Assembly: GCF_006345805.1 (NCBI RefSeq)
Contig: NC_043006.1
Location: 5,332,001 to 5,396,000 of the forward strand
DNA from: Octopus sinensis
Taxonomy: Eukaryota
Direction of reading: 5' to 3'
DNA: 64,000 nucleotides
A model generated the notes under the pieces. The model searched no databases and was not told the DNA's origin. It saw nothing but the letters and a program-made list of their open reading frames with translations. Of the stretch, positions 26,780 through 40,130 are shown in pieces (the stretch's first letter is position 1; the number at the start of each line of letters is the position of its first letter). The translations under genes were made by a program, and so were the position numbers.

Positions 26780-27725
26780 CATTTCAGACTAATTTATACC
26801 ACAGTTGTTAAATTCCAGACCCATATAATTCATGCCCATGAATTAAAAAACGGCAAGAAATATTCGTTCTGTGGATGGAAATGAAGCTTTAAGTATCCGG
26901 ATATACCAACCATGATTTGGTCAGTTTCGCTTGGGAAATTTTTTCCTGCTGAATCCCTCCGATTTGGAAGACCACATTTTATCAATATTGAGCTTCTGAA
27001 AACAGTAGCTGGGGAAAGTTAAAGCAGACTGCACGAGAATGTGCAAAACTTCGATCATAAATAGCTTCATGAAGGACGAACAGTATCTAAACTTCGTTAG
27101 TGGGTCCTGCGCAGTTTAATCAAATAATTGCCCTCTGCTCGTCTTTGAAGAGAAGATTTACTACCGGAACTTTTTCTGGTTAGGATCATGACAAATGATC
27201 AAAGGTGGGTTCTCTAACAAAACTGACAGTGGTTGGCAATCAATGAAAGAGGAAAATCTATCCACAAACGAAGTATACTACATGTGAAAAATGTTATTCA
27301 CTCTGTTTGGTGGGGTATGAAGAGTGTCTTCTATCATGAAGTGTTAAACCAAAACGAAACAAGAAATGCAGAAAATTGTCGTCAATTCGAAGCATTGTAC
27401 AAAAGTTTGCAGAAAAGGTACCCATCATTAGGCATACGTAAAGGGGTGTTGCTCTTACACGATAATGTATGACCACATATTGACCAAATCACATAGGGAA
27501 AGATTCTGGCACTAAATTTCTTACTCTCCTGATCTTGCTGTATCTGACCATCATCTTTTCAGGATTATTGCAATATTCCTTAGAGAGAAAAATAGTTTAT
27601 CAATTGTGAAAAGGCTAAAAATGATTTTAAGAGTTCCTGTTTCGAAACGTGAAAAATCTAATGTCCGAGGAAATCGACAGCTTGCAAAATAGATGCGATT
27701 ATGCTATCAATAATGATGGGAAATA
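26780..27725 (+). pseudogene. Degenerate mariner (DD34D) transposase
   Basis: ARNIRSVDGNEALSIR; HSVWWGMKSVFYHEVL; VLLLHDNV*PH; PDLAVSDHHLF (the YSPDLAPSDYHLF motif). Confidence 0.8.
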
Positions 27726-28544
27726 TCAAGGCGACGAGCTGGCAGAATCGTTATCACGCCGGGAAAAAGGTTTGGCGGCATTTCGTCTGTCTTTACGTTC
27801 TGAGTTCAAATTCCACCGAGGTCGATTTTGACTTTTAACCTCTCAGGGTTGATAAACTAAGTGATAAGTGATAAGCACTGGGTGGTTCGACGTAATCGAC
27901 TTATTTCCGCCGCAGGCCTTGTGCCAAATTTTGAAATCAATAATGAAGAAAAATATTATATATGTGTGGTTGTGTGTTCATACCTTTCTAAAGGATGGAT
28001 ATATTAGAGAATGCAGTCAATCACAGAAAAGATGTTTTGACGCATCTTCAGGGCATTCATCATAATTCTGCTCAATCACGTGTGACCACACCTTAAATAC
28101 CAACAGCTATAAAGGTTTGCAGTCAATCAGACACCTATGTTAGATTAAAAAAACCCTTCCCATGTCAGACATCAACTCCGTTTCATGAATTCATTAATTT
28201 ACCTCCTTACGTTCGTTTTGTTGCTGGGAAGGTCCGAGAGATGTGAAGAAATACAACGAAGGGGTATTTTCGCTCGACCTCTTACCTCTCCAGTATTTGC
28301 CTTGTAATTGCCAGGTTGTGTGTGTGTGTGTACGTGTGTGTATGTGCGCGCGTGCGTGCGTGAATACGATGTGTATTGTTGGAATAAACTGGAGAATTAG
28401 AATTCAATACATAAGAGTATTTTTTCATCGGTTGTAAAATTACAAAAGTGACTCAAAGTCGAGAGCTTCGTGCAACAGATGAAATCCTCAACACCAGAGT
28501 CCTTTACGTAACTTATACCATTCTTTGACAATGACTTTATCTAT

Positions 28545-28715
28545 CCTATTTCTTTACTACCCACAAGGGGCTAAACACAGAGGAGACAAACAAGGACAGA
28601 CAGACGGATTAAGTCGATTAAGTAACTGGTACTTAATTTATCGACCCCGAAAGGATGAAAGGCAAAGTCGACCTCGGCGGAATTTGAACTTAGAACGTAA
28701 CGGCAGACGAAATAT
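28545..28715 (-). mobile_element. SINE family A, 5'-truncated at tatttcgtctg
   Basis: Matches the family A body with a small internal deletion. Confidence 0.8.
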
Positions 28716-29444
28716 GGCTATCCAACATGCCTAATTCTTCGGATTTTCTGATATTTGCGTACACAGATCCCTGGAACAGAAAATGTGTTCACATTCCATT
28801 CTTTCTGAAAAGGTAAGCGGTTGATCGAAAATATCCCTTCGTCGTATTTCTTCACATCTCTCGCACCTACCCAGCAACAAAACAAACGTAAAACACTACC
28901 TTTGATAGTCATCTAACCCACTAAGGGGAGAATTTTTACGCAACTTTGCAACACCTGAAAATAAACTATCATAAAAAAAAATTCTTTGTGCATCTTGGAG
29001 GTTACGAGTACTAACTCCCCAATGGCTATCAATCGTTTTGGTTTTCTTCGGGCTTCAAAATCCACCACTCATCAGCCAAGACAACACAGTTTGCTGGATA
29101 CACCTCGAAAAAAGGGTCCACACTTCACATACAAGAAATCTAACCCCACCAAATACCTCTTCTACATCACAGCAGTCATAATATATCAGACTCTTCAATA
29201 TTACCAACAAAACAAGACGGCTAGTCCCGATGAGGTCCCACTCTTTAAACTCAAACAATGAACAAGTTACCCACCAAACTCTTTAACTACCTCAGTTCAT
29301 GAAAACAAAAACCATCTGACTTCATAAAATCTTACCAAATATTACCTGTAATTTTACTAAACTACCACCGATACTTCTGTTTTGTTCAGCTGCTTCTACT
29401 CGCATCCTTATCTTTCATATATTTACTCAAGTTATTCTCCTTAC

Positions 29445-29519
<75 letters not shown>

Positions 29520-30059
29520 GTCTGTCTGTCTGTCTGCCTGCCTGCCTATCTGTCTGTCTATCTGTATGTAGGTATATGTATGTCCTATGTATGACTTTAA
29601 ACTGCATTCAGTAGTGGGACCCTGGTACGAGAGTTCCAGAGTTTTGAGAAGTGTAGAACAACCCCATAGCTACTATTGTTCCCTAGTCTACTCTGATCCG
29701 GAATAGTAGAACCTGTTAGGGTGCTAGTTATTGGTAGAACAGCCTGTGAACCAATGGGAGTGACGACGCCCCTAGAATTAATCAGAACTTCCTTCGTACA
29801 AACAAACCTGAAGTGCAGTTGGTTTCTACTCGTCTCAACCTGTGTTGTGTCACAGATTTAAAGCTGATTGTGCTGAAAAGTACGTCCAGTGCTAAGCAAC
29901 ACTTTAATTTCAATCCTGTCAACATTTCCCTGAAGAAACTATGTCTGAAACTTGGTTTTTATTCACTCAAAACAAATTCACTGGAATTTCTTGAACTCTT
30001 CGAATGTTTGCACGGCCTTAGTCACGTGTTGACTTCCACCATATTCTTTTATTCTTTTA

Positions 30060-30360
30060 CTCTTTCACTTGTTTCGGTTATTTGACTGCCGCCATACTGG
30101 AGTACCACCTTAAAGAGCCTTTTAATCGTAGATATCAGCGCCAGGACTTATTCTTTGTAAACCCAGTACTTATTCAATCGGTCACATTTGCTGTCACACG
30201 AATACCATGAAGAGATGATGGGGAACAAACATAGACACAAAGAGACACACCTACACAAACACATACATATATATATATATATATATAACACATACATATA
30301 TATATGTATATATATATATGTGTGTGTGCGTGTGCATGTGTGTGTGTATGTGTGTGTGTG

Positions 30361-30395
<35 letters not shown>

Positions 30396-30525
30396 CAAAT
30401 TCAGTCACAAGGCTTTGGCCGGATCGAGGCTATAATAAAGGATACTTGCCCAAGGTGTCACGCAGTGGGACCGAACCCGGAACCATGGGGTTGGGAAGCT
30501 AGCTTCTTACCACGCAACCACGCCC
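30060..30525 (-). mobile_element. SINE family B
   Basis: Head, CORE-like segment, microsatellite and tail all match 13681-14100. Confidence 0.8.
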
Positions 30526-31135
30526 GTATGTATGTATGTGTGTATGTATGCGTGATTCCACTGAACAATTAAAGATTGAGCCCTCTCTGCAACTGCCTAT
30601 GTAGTTCTGATCAGCACTGCCAGTAACGGCGTTGCGCTGTTTCCAATCAACAAAAAGGAAATCTTGGGTTGTAATGGGAGAATGTCACAAATAATTGTCT
30701 GCAAATCGCTCGTGCAATTATTTGGATTTTGCATTGAAAGAAAACTGCGCATCTCAGCAGGATATTTCCCAGTGCTTTGGGGGTTCGACATAGTTTCTCT
30801 CCGAGAGCACACAAATGACTTGCTACTTGCTACATTGGCCACACAATAGATACTTTCTGTCGGGTTCATTCAATCGTTTTGTTGCCCAGGCGTTCGACGC
30901 GTGTTTGGGGCTTGTCGGGATGACTATCTGCAGGGATGGCCCTCTGATATATTTTGCGGGCATGTTGAGAGATCGTTGTATTTCTCTTCATTCTAAACTA
31001 GACGAATTTGATAGATTTTTGAGTCGACATAGTAAAAAAAAAAAAAAGAGCAAGGAAACGGGGAAAGAAGCGGAAAGAAGGATATTAATTAATGAAGGGA
31101 CAAAGAGAGAGTGAGAGAGAGTGAGAGAGAGAGAC

Positions 31136-31166
<31 letters not shown>

Positions 31167-32314
31167 CTAAAGAGAATTAAAGTGAGGGAGAGGAAATTAA
31201 AGAGAGAGAGAGAATGAGGAAGTTTGAACGGAAAACGGACCGACATATAAACAATTAAAATACAACCCTTCTCTCTACAGTTTCTGTTTTCTCCGCCATT
31301 CCACAGACTTTCGATTTTGCAGCAAATCTTTCTCCTCATTTCTAGACTCTTCTACTTCTTTACTTTTCCATCTTGATTATTCTTTTATTTACTCTCTTCG
31401 TTACTGTTGCCGCGCACCTCAGAGATAGTAATTTTTTAACCATATTTTAGCCTGAATCACTTATTAAGATTTAAATTCTACACTGTCTCTTATGAATGTC
31501 AGTTTCTTATCAAACGTTCCTCGATCTTTTCCTTTCTTTCCATAATCTCATTCTTGCGTAAGATCACTCAAGTACGAGCTGATTCCATTTTCGCTACAAA
31601 CCGCATTAGTCACTTTGTCATCACTTCCATCTCTTCCCTCCAATATCACACCGTCATTTCACCGACCTTTTGTCAAATGACTTTTCTTTACGCTGCCTCT
31701 CGCCGTCTCATGTTTTTCTTTCCTTCTCTCTCTTTGTATAACACCAAATCATTTACAACAGCAAAGGTGTCAATGTCTTACAATTGTTATGCATTGTGCA
31801 AGTTGGTGAGTGGTAAAAGAGCGGAAATGATTGTTCAGCGGGAGGCAAGTGTAAACCTATTTCGTCAGCCAATAGGATGTGGATGGCAATCAAAAATAGG
31901 GCGTCTCGTACAGCTTGAAGGGAGCAAAGTATCATGGAGCTGGCAGGTGTGTCCCACGCTGAGAAATATCGACCGTAGATTATAAAAGAAGGCCCCCAAG
32001 AAACACGATAGTAAAATAGAGTTGCATAGTACAGCGGAAGTGATTTGTGGAAATATGCAGAAGTTACACTGGCATGGTGGTGTGGTTGAGTAGTACGCTT
32101 TCCAACCACATGGTACTGGTTTCCATCCCATTCTACGGCACCATGAGCGAGTATCTGCGACCATAACTTCTGGTTTACGGACAAGTTGAAAGATGAAGAC
32201 TGTGCGGAGGTTTGACATATGTATGTGTTTAAATACGCACATACATACAGACGCACTCACATTCAAACAAATACACATATATAAACGCGTACATATATAG
32301 CCAGGAACATATAC

Positions 32315-32419
<105 letters not shown>

Positions 32420-32987
32420 TTCACACTCACACACATCACACACACATATATGTGTGTGTATATGCATATATTCATAGACGTACATGTCGGTGAGAAAACC
32501 GATAAATCGATGCATTCACACGGACACGCCCCTGTCGCTCTTGTAATTGCAGACCTATAATAAACAGATCTACCGTTTATAAGATCAAAGATTATTATTA
32601 AAAATAAATGTAAATTGAAACATGCTTTAACATCAGTACACAAATATACGCACTCATATTGATTTTTAAATTTTGGCACATGGTTAGCAATTTTGAAGGA
32701 AGGCGTAAGTCGATTATATCGATCCTAGTGCTCGACTGGTACTTAATTTTATCGACTTTGAAAGGATGAAAGGCAAAGTCGGCCTCGGCAGAACTTGAAC
32801 TCAAAATGTGAAGACGGGCGAAATGCCGCTGTGCATTCTGCTCGGCGTGCTAACAATTCTGCCACACTAATATAAAGAACGTGCAAACGGCGGTGCATCA
32901 GCATGGCCGCAGCTCTGAGCTGAAACTAGAGACCCCCCCCCAAAAAAAAAACACTAATATAAACACACTATCTCACGAACTAATATA

Positions 32988-33410
32988 TATTTCTTTACTA
33001 CCCACAAGGGGCTAAACACAGAGGGGACAAACAAGGACAGACAGACGGATTAAGTCGATTATATCGACCCCAGTGCGTAACTGGTACTTAATTTATCGAC
33101 TCCGAATGGATGAAAGGCAAAGTCGACCTCGGCGGAATTTAAACTCAGAACGTAGCGGCAGACGAAATACCTATTTCTATTTCTTTACTACCCACAAGGG
33201 GCTAAACACAGAGGAGACAAACAAGGACAGACAGACGGATTAAGTCGATTATATCTACCCCAGTGCGTAACTGGTACTTAATTTATCGACCCTGAATGGA
33301 TGAAAGGCAAAGTCGACCTCGGCGGAATTTGAACTCAGAACGTAGCGGCAGACGAAATACCGCTAAGCATTTCGTCCGGCGTGCTAACGTTTCTGCCAGC
33401 TCGCCGACTT
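32988..33410 (-). mobile_element. SINE family A head-to-tail dimer inside one 13-bp TSD
   Basis: One full copy plus one copy starting at gtatttcgtctg. TSD acgaactaatata at 32975-32987 and 33414-33426. Confidence 0.9.
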
Positions 33411-33639
33411 CTGACGAACTAATATAAAGAAAGAGCACACACTCACACAGACATATTCAAATGTTCTTCGATATGGAATTATTTATCCATCCCCGAAAGT
33501 AAAATTTAAGAGTAGAGGCACATTGACAATGATTGAGAATGATGTTAATATGTTCGCAGACATGATTCAGTATTACTTAGACGTTGATAAAATATAATGT
33601 TCTGTTCACTTGTTTAATAGCATCATTTACTTGGTTCAA

Positions 33640-34410
33640 TTAGACTGTGGCCATGCTGGAGCACCGTCTTGAAGAACTTTTAGTCGAATGAATTAACGCC
33701 AGTCCTTTTTTAAAGCCTGGTACTTATTATATCGAATTCTTTTGCCAAACCGCTACGTTATGGGGACTCAGACACACCAGCACCGGTTGTCAAGCAGTGA
33801 TGAGAGACAAACACAAATACGACGGGCTTCTTTTCAGTTTCCGTCACCCAAATCCACTTACAAGGCTTTGGTCGGTCCGAGGCTATAGTAGAAAACACTC
33901 TCCGAAGGTGCCACGCAGTGGGACTGAAGCTGGAACCATGTGGTTGGGAAGCAAGCCTCTTACCAAACAACCACGCATGTATCTTCGTTTATCTTTATCT
34001 TTTACTTGTTTCAGTCATTAGACGGCGGCAATGCTGGGGCATCGCCTTGAATATTTAGTCGAAGGAATCGAACCCAGTATTCCTTTTTCAAGCTTGGTAC
34101 TTATTTTATCTGTCTCTTTTGCTGAACCGCTAAGTTACGTGGACGCAAACATACCAATGCCGTTTACCAAGCGATGGTGGTGGTGGCGGTGGTGGGAGGG
34201 GTGACAAACATAGAAACAATGACAGACACACACATAGATATATGTAATTATACGATGAGCTTTTTTCAGTTTCCGCCTACCAAATCCACTCACATGACTT
34301 TAGTCGGCCCAAGGATATAACAGAAAACTTTCCGAGCGTGCAATGCAGTGGGACTGAACCCGGAACCATGCTGTTAGAAAGCAAGATTCTTACCACTCAG
34401 CCAGGCCAAT
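33640..34410 (-). mobile_element. Two adjacent SINE family B copies (33640-33980 and 34000-34410)
   Basis: Each has a head, CORE-like segment and tail matching 13681-14100. Confidence 0.8.
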
Positions 34411-34922
34411 ATATAAATAAATATTTTAGCTATTCACAAACACAAAACTATTCACAAACACAAAAGTACCGTTAACTCCACTTAAATATTTGTGTCAGAA
34501 TTTTCATTGTAGCAGCTGCGACCTGGTCCCTGGCGCAATTCTTTTGCATCTCTTTAGATTTTCCCCATTAAGTGATGACTCTGAAAGTGATGAGTTTTGA
34601 TTAAATTTTTCAGTTTCTGTTATAGAAATAAAATTTATCATCACATATGAACCAATGTCTGAATCCTCTATCCTTTGGTGTTTATCTTTCGCTTGTTTTT
34701 GCAGGGTACCGCGTTGAAGGGCTTAGCTGAACAAATAAATCTCAGTACTTATTTGTTAAGCCTGGGACTTCTTCTATCGATTTCTTTTACCGAACTGCTA
34801 GGCTATGAGGACTTAATAAAAAGCATTACACATTGTCAAGCGGTGGTGGGAGACAAACATACACAATGACACACACACAGAAAATATGCAAATGCTCATA
34901 TCTCTCACTCTCTCTCTTCCCC

Positions 34923-34953
<31 letters not shown>

Positions 34954-34992
34954 ATATATATATATATTATATATATATATATATATACATAT

Positions 34993-35030
<38 letters not shown>

Positions 35031-35087
35031 TACATATATATATACATAATATATATATATCATATATATATATATATATAAATATAC

Positions 35088-35145
<58 letters not shown>

Positions 35146-36165
35146 ATATATATATAATATATATAATATATATATATATATATACATATATATATTATAT
35201 ATATATTATATATATATTATATATATATATATATATAATATAATATATATATATATATCTATATATATATATATATATATAAAGCACGATTTATTCGCAA
35301 TCAAAGTTGTTCGAACACCAAGAATCTCTATCTCTAATACAAAACATACAAAAAATCAGGGAAATACAATATTAAAAGAAATGGAAAATAAAATACGCAC
35401 GCGTAAAGATGAAAATACTGTTGTCAGAATAACTTGAGAGATTATAAATGATCAACATGAAGACTTCAGAATGTAACAGAAAATACACGTCGCCTTCAAC
35501 CGATGTTTCCTTCCTTTGACATTGCCTCATTTTATACGCTTCTTAATTAAAGTTTCACACCTGAAAAATACGCTCGGAAACAAAGGAGTTACAATGGACA
35601 AATAATAGCTTAAGCTAAGTTTTGATCACGCCATCGAAAAATCATTATTATAATCATAATTTATTAAATAATTTTTGCGATCATTTTCATAAGACTTAGA
35701 CGCATCCAAGATATTTTTCCTTCCTGTTACTCCTTGAGCTGCATTTTCCCAACTTCCTTCATGAAAATTATCGTTTTTCTCTTTCTTTTTTATATTTAAA
35801 GTAGTCTTTGTATCTTTGGCTTGTGGTAAGATCTTTTTCACAGAATATAGTTCTCCCTTATGTTGACACACGGCAATTATTCCATAAGAACTATATTGTC
35901 TGCCCACCTTAATCTCCTACGTTCCAAGGAGGTTTATAATATTCAATAAAAATCCAAAACCTCATCACCATTCACAAAGTGTCTCCACGCCTAAGCTTGG
36001 TATCCATACAACAAATCAGACAAAATCTTTTGAAAATGAATATCTTAGTAGTTATATCTATATAACGTTGAGTCTTTAGCCGGGTATGCAATTTTCAAAA
36101 CGATAGCCATGACTTGAAAGTTGCTTGCAATTTCTTTATTCCTGTTCAACATACAACAATACTAT

Positions 36166-36552
36166 GTGGAGGCGCAATGGCCCAGTGGTTAGGGCAGCGG
36201 ACTTACGGTCATAGGATTGCGGTTTCGATTCCCAGACCGGGCGTTGTGAGTGTTTATTGAGCGAAAACACCTAAAGCTCTACGAGGCTCCGGCAGGGATG
36301 GTGGTGATCCCTGCTGTACTCTTTCACCACAACTTTCTCTCACTCTTACTTCCTGTTTCTGTTGTACCTGTATTTCAAAGGGCCGGCTTTGTCACTCTTT
36401 GTGTCACGCTGAATATCCCCGAGAACTACGTTAAGGGTACACGTGTCTGTGGAGTGCTCAGCCACTTACATGTTAATTTCACGAGTAGGCTGTTCCGTTG
36501 ATTCGGATCAACCGGAACCCTCGTCGTCGTAACCGACGGAGTGCTTCCATAT
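36166..36552 (+). mobile_element. Full-length tRNA-derived SINE family C (head H1 + tail T1)
   Basis: Head gtggaggcgcaatggcccagtggttagg; B-box ggtttcgattccc. 15-bp TSD atacaacaatactat at 36151-36165 and 36553-36567. Confidence 0.92.
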
Positions 36553-36572
36553 ATACAACAATACTATACAAA

Positions 36573-36925
36573 GTGGTGGTGCCAAAGATCCCAACATCAC
36601 CATCAAAATTCAGGACCAGATACTGCAACAGCTTGGGTTTCAGAGGACCACAGCTCTTCAATATCCTTCCTAAATGCCCGAGAGACCTGCATGGTGTGGA
36701 GGTGGGTTTCTTTAAAACTAAACTGGAGCTCTTCTTGTTAGGGGTCGCAGATGAACCTACCTCTCGGCAGGAAACACAGATGCGGGCAGCGGCATCGAAC
36801 TCCCTTGTTGATCAAGTGCCACGTATCAGCGGTGGTTTCACATACTAGTGTAGCTCATTCAACGGTGGTGCCCCAGCATGGCCGCAGCCTTCGGGCTGAA
36901 ACATTTTTAAGGATTTAAGGATTTA
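36573..36925 (+). mobile_element. CR1-group LINE 3' fragment with 3' UTR stem-loops and (AAGGATTT)n-like tail
   Basis: NSLGFRGPQLFNILPK...FKTKLELFL...DEP...NSLVDQV*, then cagcc-ttcg-ggctg. Confidence 0.8.
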
Positions 36926-37317
36926 CCATATATCGTTATTTCAGGATCAGCATGAGGCTTTTCACAACAAAACCAATAGTTTTATCAAGGGTCCTTGTAA
37001 GACTTAATACTTTACACATCAATGAAATCTAATCCATTAAAGTTTGAAGGTATTTTCTGCGTTTGTAACATAGTTGTTTGCGTACATGAGACTACTAATT
37101 ATTGACATATAAAATTGGTACTTTAATATCAAGACGTTTTAAGTTTGAAGTTGCATACATAAATATTCTCAGACCAGTTTGAAAGCGATCGGAAAAAAGA
37201 GAAACTGTCTATTTTATGGCAAACAAAAGTAATTATTTCATTCTGTTTGGCCCCGCTACTGACTGAACTTTCTTGCTAATTACAACACGTGATCTCATAT
37301 CATCATTTAAGGATACG

Positions 37318-37937
37318 AAGGCGGCGAGCTGGCAGGAACATTAGCACGCCGGGCGAAATGCTTTGCGGTATTTCGTCTGCCGCTACGTTCTGAGTTCAAA
37401 TTCCGCCGAGGTTGACTTTGCCTTTCATCCTCTCGGGGTCGATTAAAAAAGTTCCAGTTACGCATTGGGGTCGATATAATCGACTTGAACCGTTTGTCTG
37501 TCCTTGTTTGTCCTCTCTGTGTTTAGCCCCTTGTGGGTAGTAAAGAAATAGGTATTTGGCCTGTCTTTACATTCTGAGTTCAAATTCCGCCGAGGTCGAC
37601 TTTGCCTTTCATCCTTTCGGAGTCGATAAATTAAGTACCAGTTACGCACTGGGGTCGATGTAATCGACTTAATCCGTTTGTCTGTCCTTGTTTGTCCCCT
37701 CTGTGTTTAGCCCCTTGTGGGTAGTAAAGAAATAGGTATTTCGTCTGTCGCTACGGTATTTCATCTGTCATTACGTTCTGAGTTCAAATTCCGCCGAGGT
37801 CGACTTTGCCTTTCATCCTTTCGGAGTCGATAAATTAAGTACCAGTTACGCACTGGGGTCGATGTAATCGACTTAATCCGTTTGTCTGTCCTTGTTTGTC
37901 CTCTCTATGTTTAGTCCCTTGTGGCCAATAAAGAAAC
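37318..37937 (+). mobile_element. SINE family A head-to-tail trimer inside one 24-bp TSD
   Basis: Units begin at 37320, 37551 and 37735. TSD atctcatatcatcatttaaggata at 37292-37315 and 37940-37963. Confidence 0.92.
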
Positions 37938-39659
37938 ATATCTCATATCATCATTTAAGGATATGATATGTATAAATTTAGCAGGAGAACCAATTTTATT
38001 GAGAGTTGCCCATAATGCATTGCGATTCACTGAATCAAAGGTGTTACTGTGATTAATGTAGCTGTATCAGGGAAAACCTGGGCTTAACAAGTTAAAGAGA
38101 TTCTACATGAACCATTCATCTCCTAGAAATAACTTTCAAAACTCAATTAATTGCATCCTGTCGCGTTCAAAGAATATAAACACGTTAGAGAAAGTTGCAC
38201 TTGGTGAACCAAAAGATGAACAGTACTGGCCGGGATGCTTGTATTATAGACCTGCCGAGCCAAGATTGTTTTCGGTCCATTTAACAATCCAAGTATAAAT
38301 GTTCGAAGCCAATTCTCCGCATCGGATATTTACAATACTTCGGTTATTTGCCCTTCAACTTTGTGCGTGTATATCTTCATTAAGCAATTTTCACCAATGC
38401 CGAAAATATTGTTTTGGATAATCCAAGTAAATAAATTCCCTCTCTAACATGCGCTATCATAAGGATTGCGCATTTTGCGCAACTGCACACATATATACAT
38501 GTGCATGTATATGCAAACATACATACCTTCACACACACAAGCACACGTACACACATACACACACTCATACACATATATACATTTATAGTTATCTTATTGA
38601 AAATGAGGCTGAAAGTTTACTTCGCGACTTTAAAAACAATAACTTCTACAATATTTATTGAGCACTACTTTCGCATTTACTCGACATTAATAAACATATG
38701 TATATTTCATACATGTAAAAGGATGCGTGGTCTTCGATCATATAATAATATAAATAATATATAAATATATGCATATATACATACATCTATGTACATACCT
38801 ACATCTATATGCATATATGGGTACAGGACATCAAAAAAACGTTGAACACAATGAGAAATGTAAATACAAAAACAAAAACATGGAAACGAACTTTTTTTCA
38901 AACAACGAAAAAACAGAGTACAAGACATACAGCACAATGAATATTCCCCTTATTCAGTTGTCCTTGCTTCATCTACTCCGCATGACGAAGGTAAGGACAA
39001 GACGCGACTTCGTTGAAACAGTCCTTCCCGCAAGGCAAATTAAATAATATTTGGGATTTTTTGCGGAGGGTAAAAGTGGTAACAAGAACAGGAGTGTGTG
39101 TGTGTGTACAGGCGCCGTTCTTGTAAGCGCCGGAGAAAATTAAAAGGAAACTGAAGAAGAGCATAGGCTGCCGTGACAAACCAGTCCCTTTTTTTCATAC
39201 CTACAACTAGCACTTTTACTCTGTAGTGCTTCAGAACTACGACGTTCCGTCTTTCTAGAGTGTTGTCTTAGGTCACCCTTGTTTTATCCCAACAGTATCC
39301 CAGATATGAGTCTCTGTTTATGCATCATTCTGGATTGGATTTGCATTCCTCAGCAAAATTTAGTTAAGGTTTATTGAGAGATTTATTGAGATGATGACGT
39401 TTCAAGACGTATATCAAAATTTACCTGCATATATGTGCGTGTCTGTGCGTTTGTGATGTGATGTGATGTGTGTGTGTGTGTGTTTGGGTGCTGCATTCGT
39501 AGATACATGTCTTGAACTGAACACAAATATTTGCGATTACTGCGCTTTTGGTAATTTCTTCACACAGTACAGTGGGTTTAGGTCCTGTAACATAGCTGAT
39601 CGATAAGTACCTGGCTTTAAAATATGCCCTGAAAAAAGCATTAATTTTAATGAATTTCC

Positions 39660-40130
39660 AAAAACAGTTGTTATAAAGAGAAACCGGAAAATAGTAAATT
39701 ACTTGATACAACACTAAATCTGAGCACAAGTAAACACCACTCTCACCAAAGAACCACCACAGAAACGATACGCTTAAATAACATTCCCCACCACGCAATC
39801 AGAAAACTATATATCTATTTCTTTACTACCCATAAGGAGCTAAACACAGAAGGGACAAACAAGGACAGACAAACGGATTAAGTCGATTACATCGACCCCA
39901 GTGTGTAACTAGTACTTATTTAATCGATCCCGGAAGGACGAAAGGCAAAGTCGACCTCGGTGGAATTTGAACTCAGAACATAACGGCAGACGAAATACGG
40001 CTACGCATTTCGCCCAGCGCGCTAACGTTTCTGCCAGTTCGCCGCCTTGCAATCAGAAACTATATATCAGAACATTAACAGACAGACATGTATCTAAACT
40101 AACCTCGAACAAAGAAATATTCTACAAAGC
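39660..40130 (+). pseudogene. Penelope-like RT remnant interrupted by a full SINE family A copy (39815-40040, minus strand)
   Basis: NYLDTTLNLSTSK...NNIPHH resembles the PLE RT motif NFLDVTLNL...SNHP. The SINE has a TSD gcaatcagaaa(a)ctatatatc. Confidence 0.55.

Noticed and set aside
28205-28890. Two ~85-bp inverted copies as the TIRs of a DNA transposon
   Set aside because: Similarity does not extend to defined termini or a TSD. They may be independent fragments of one repeat.
36166-36925. Apparent SINE-head/LINE-tail chimera
   Set aside because: The SINE has its own 15-bp TSD (36151-36165 and 36553-36567), so it is an independent insertion next to the LINE fragment.
37318-37937. Tandem array as CRISPR-like or as real tRNA genes
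   Set aside because: The units are ~185-bp SINE bodies without unique spacers. The tRNA-like heads do not form complete tRNAs, and the context is eukaryotic.
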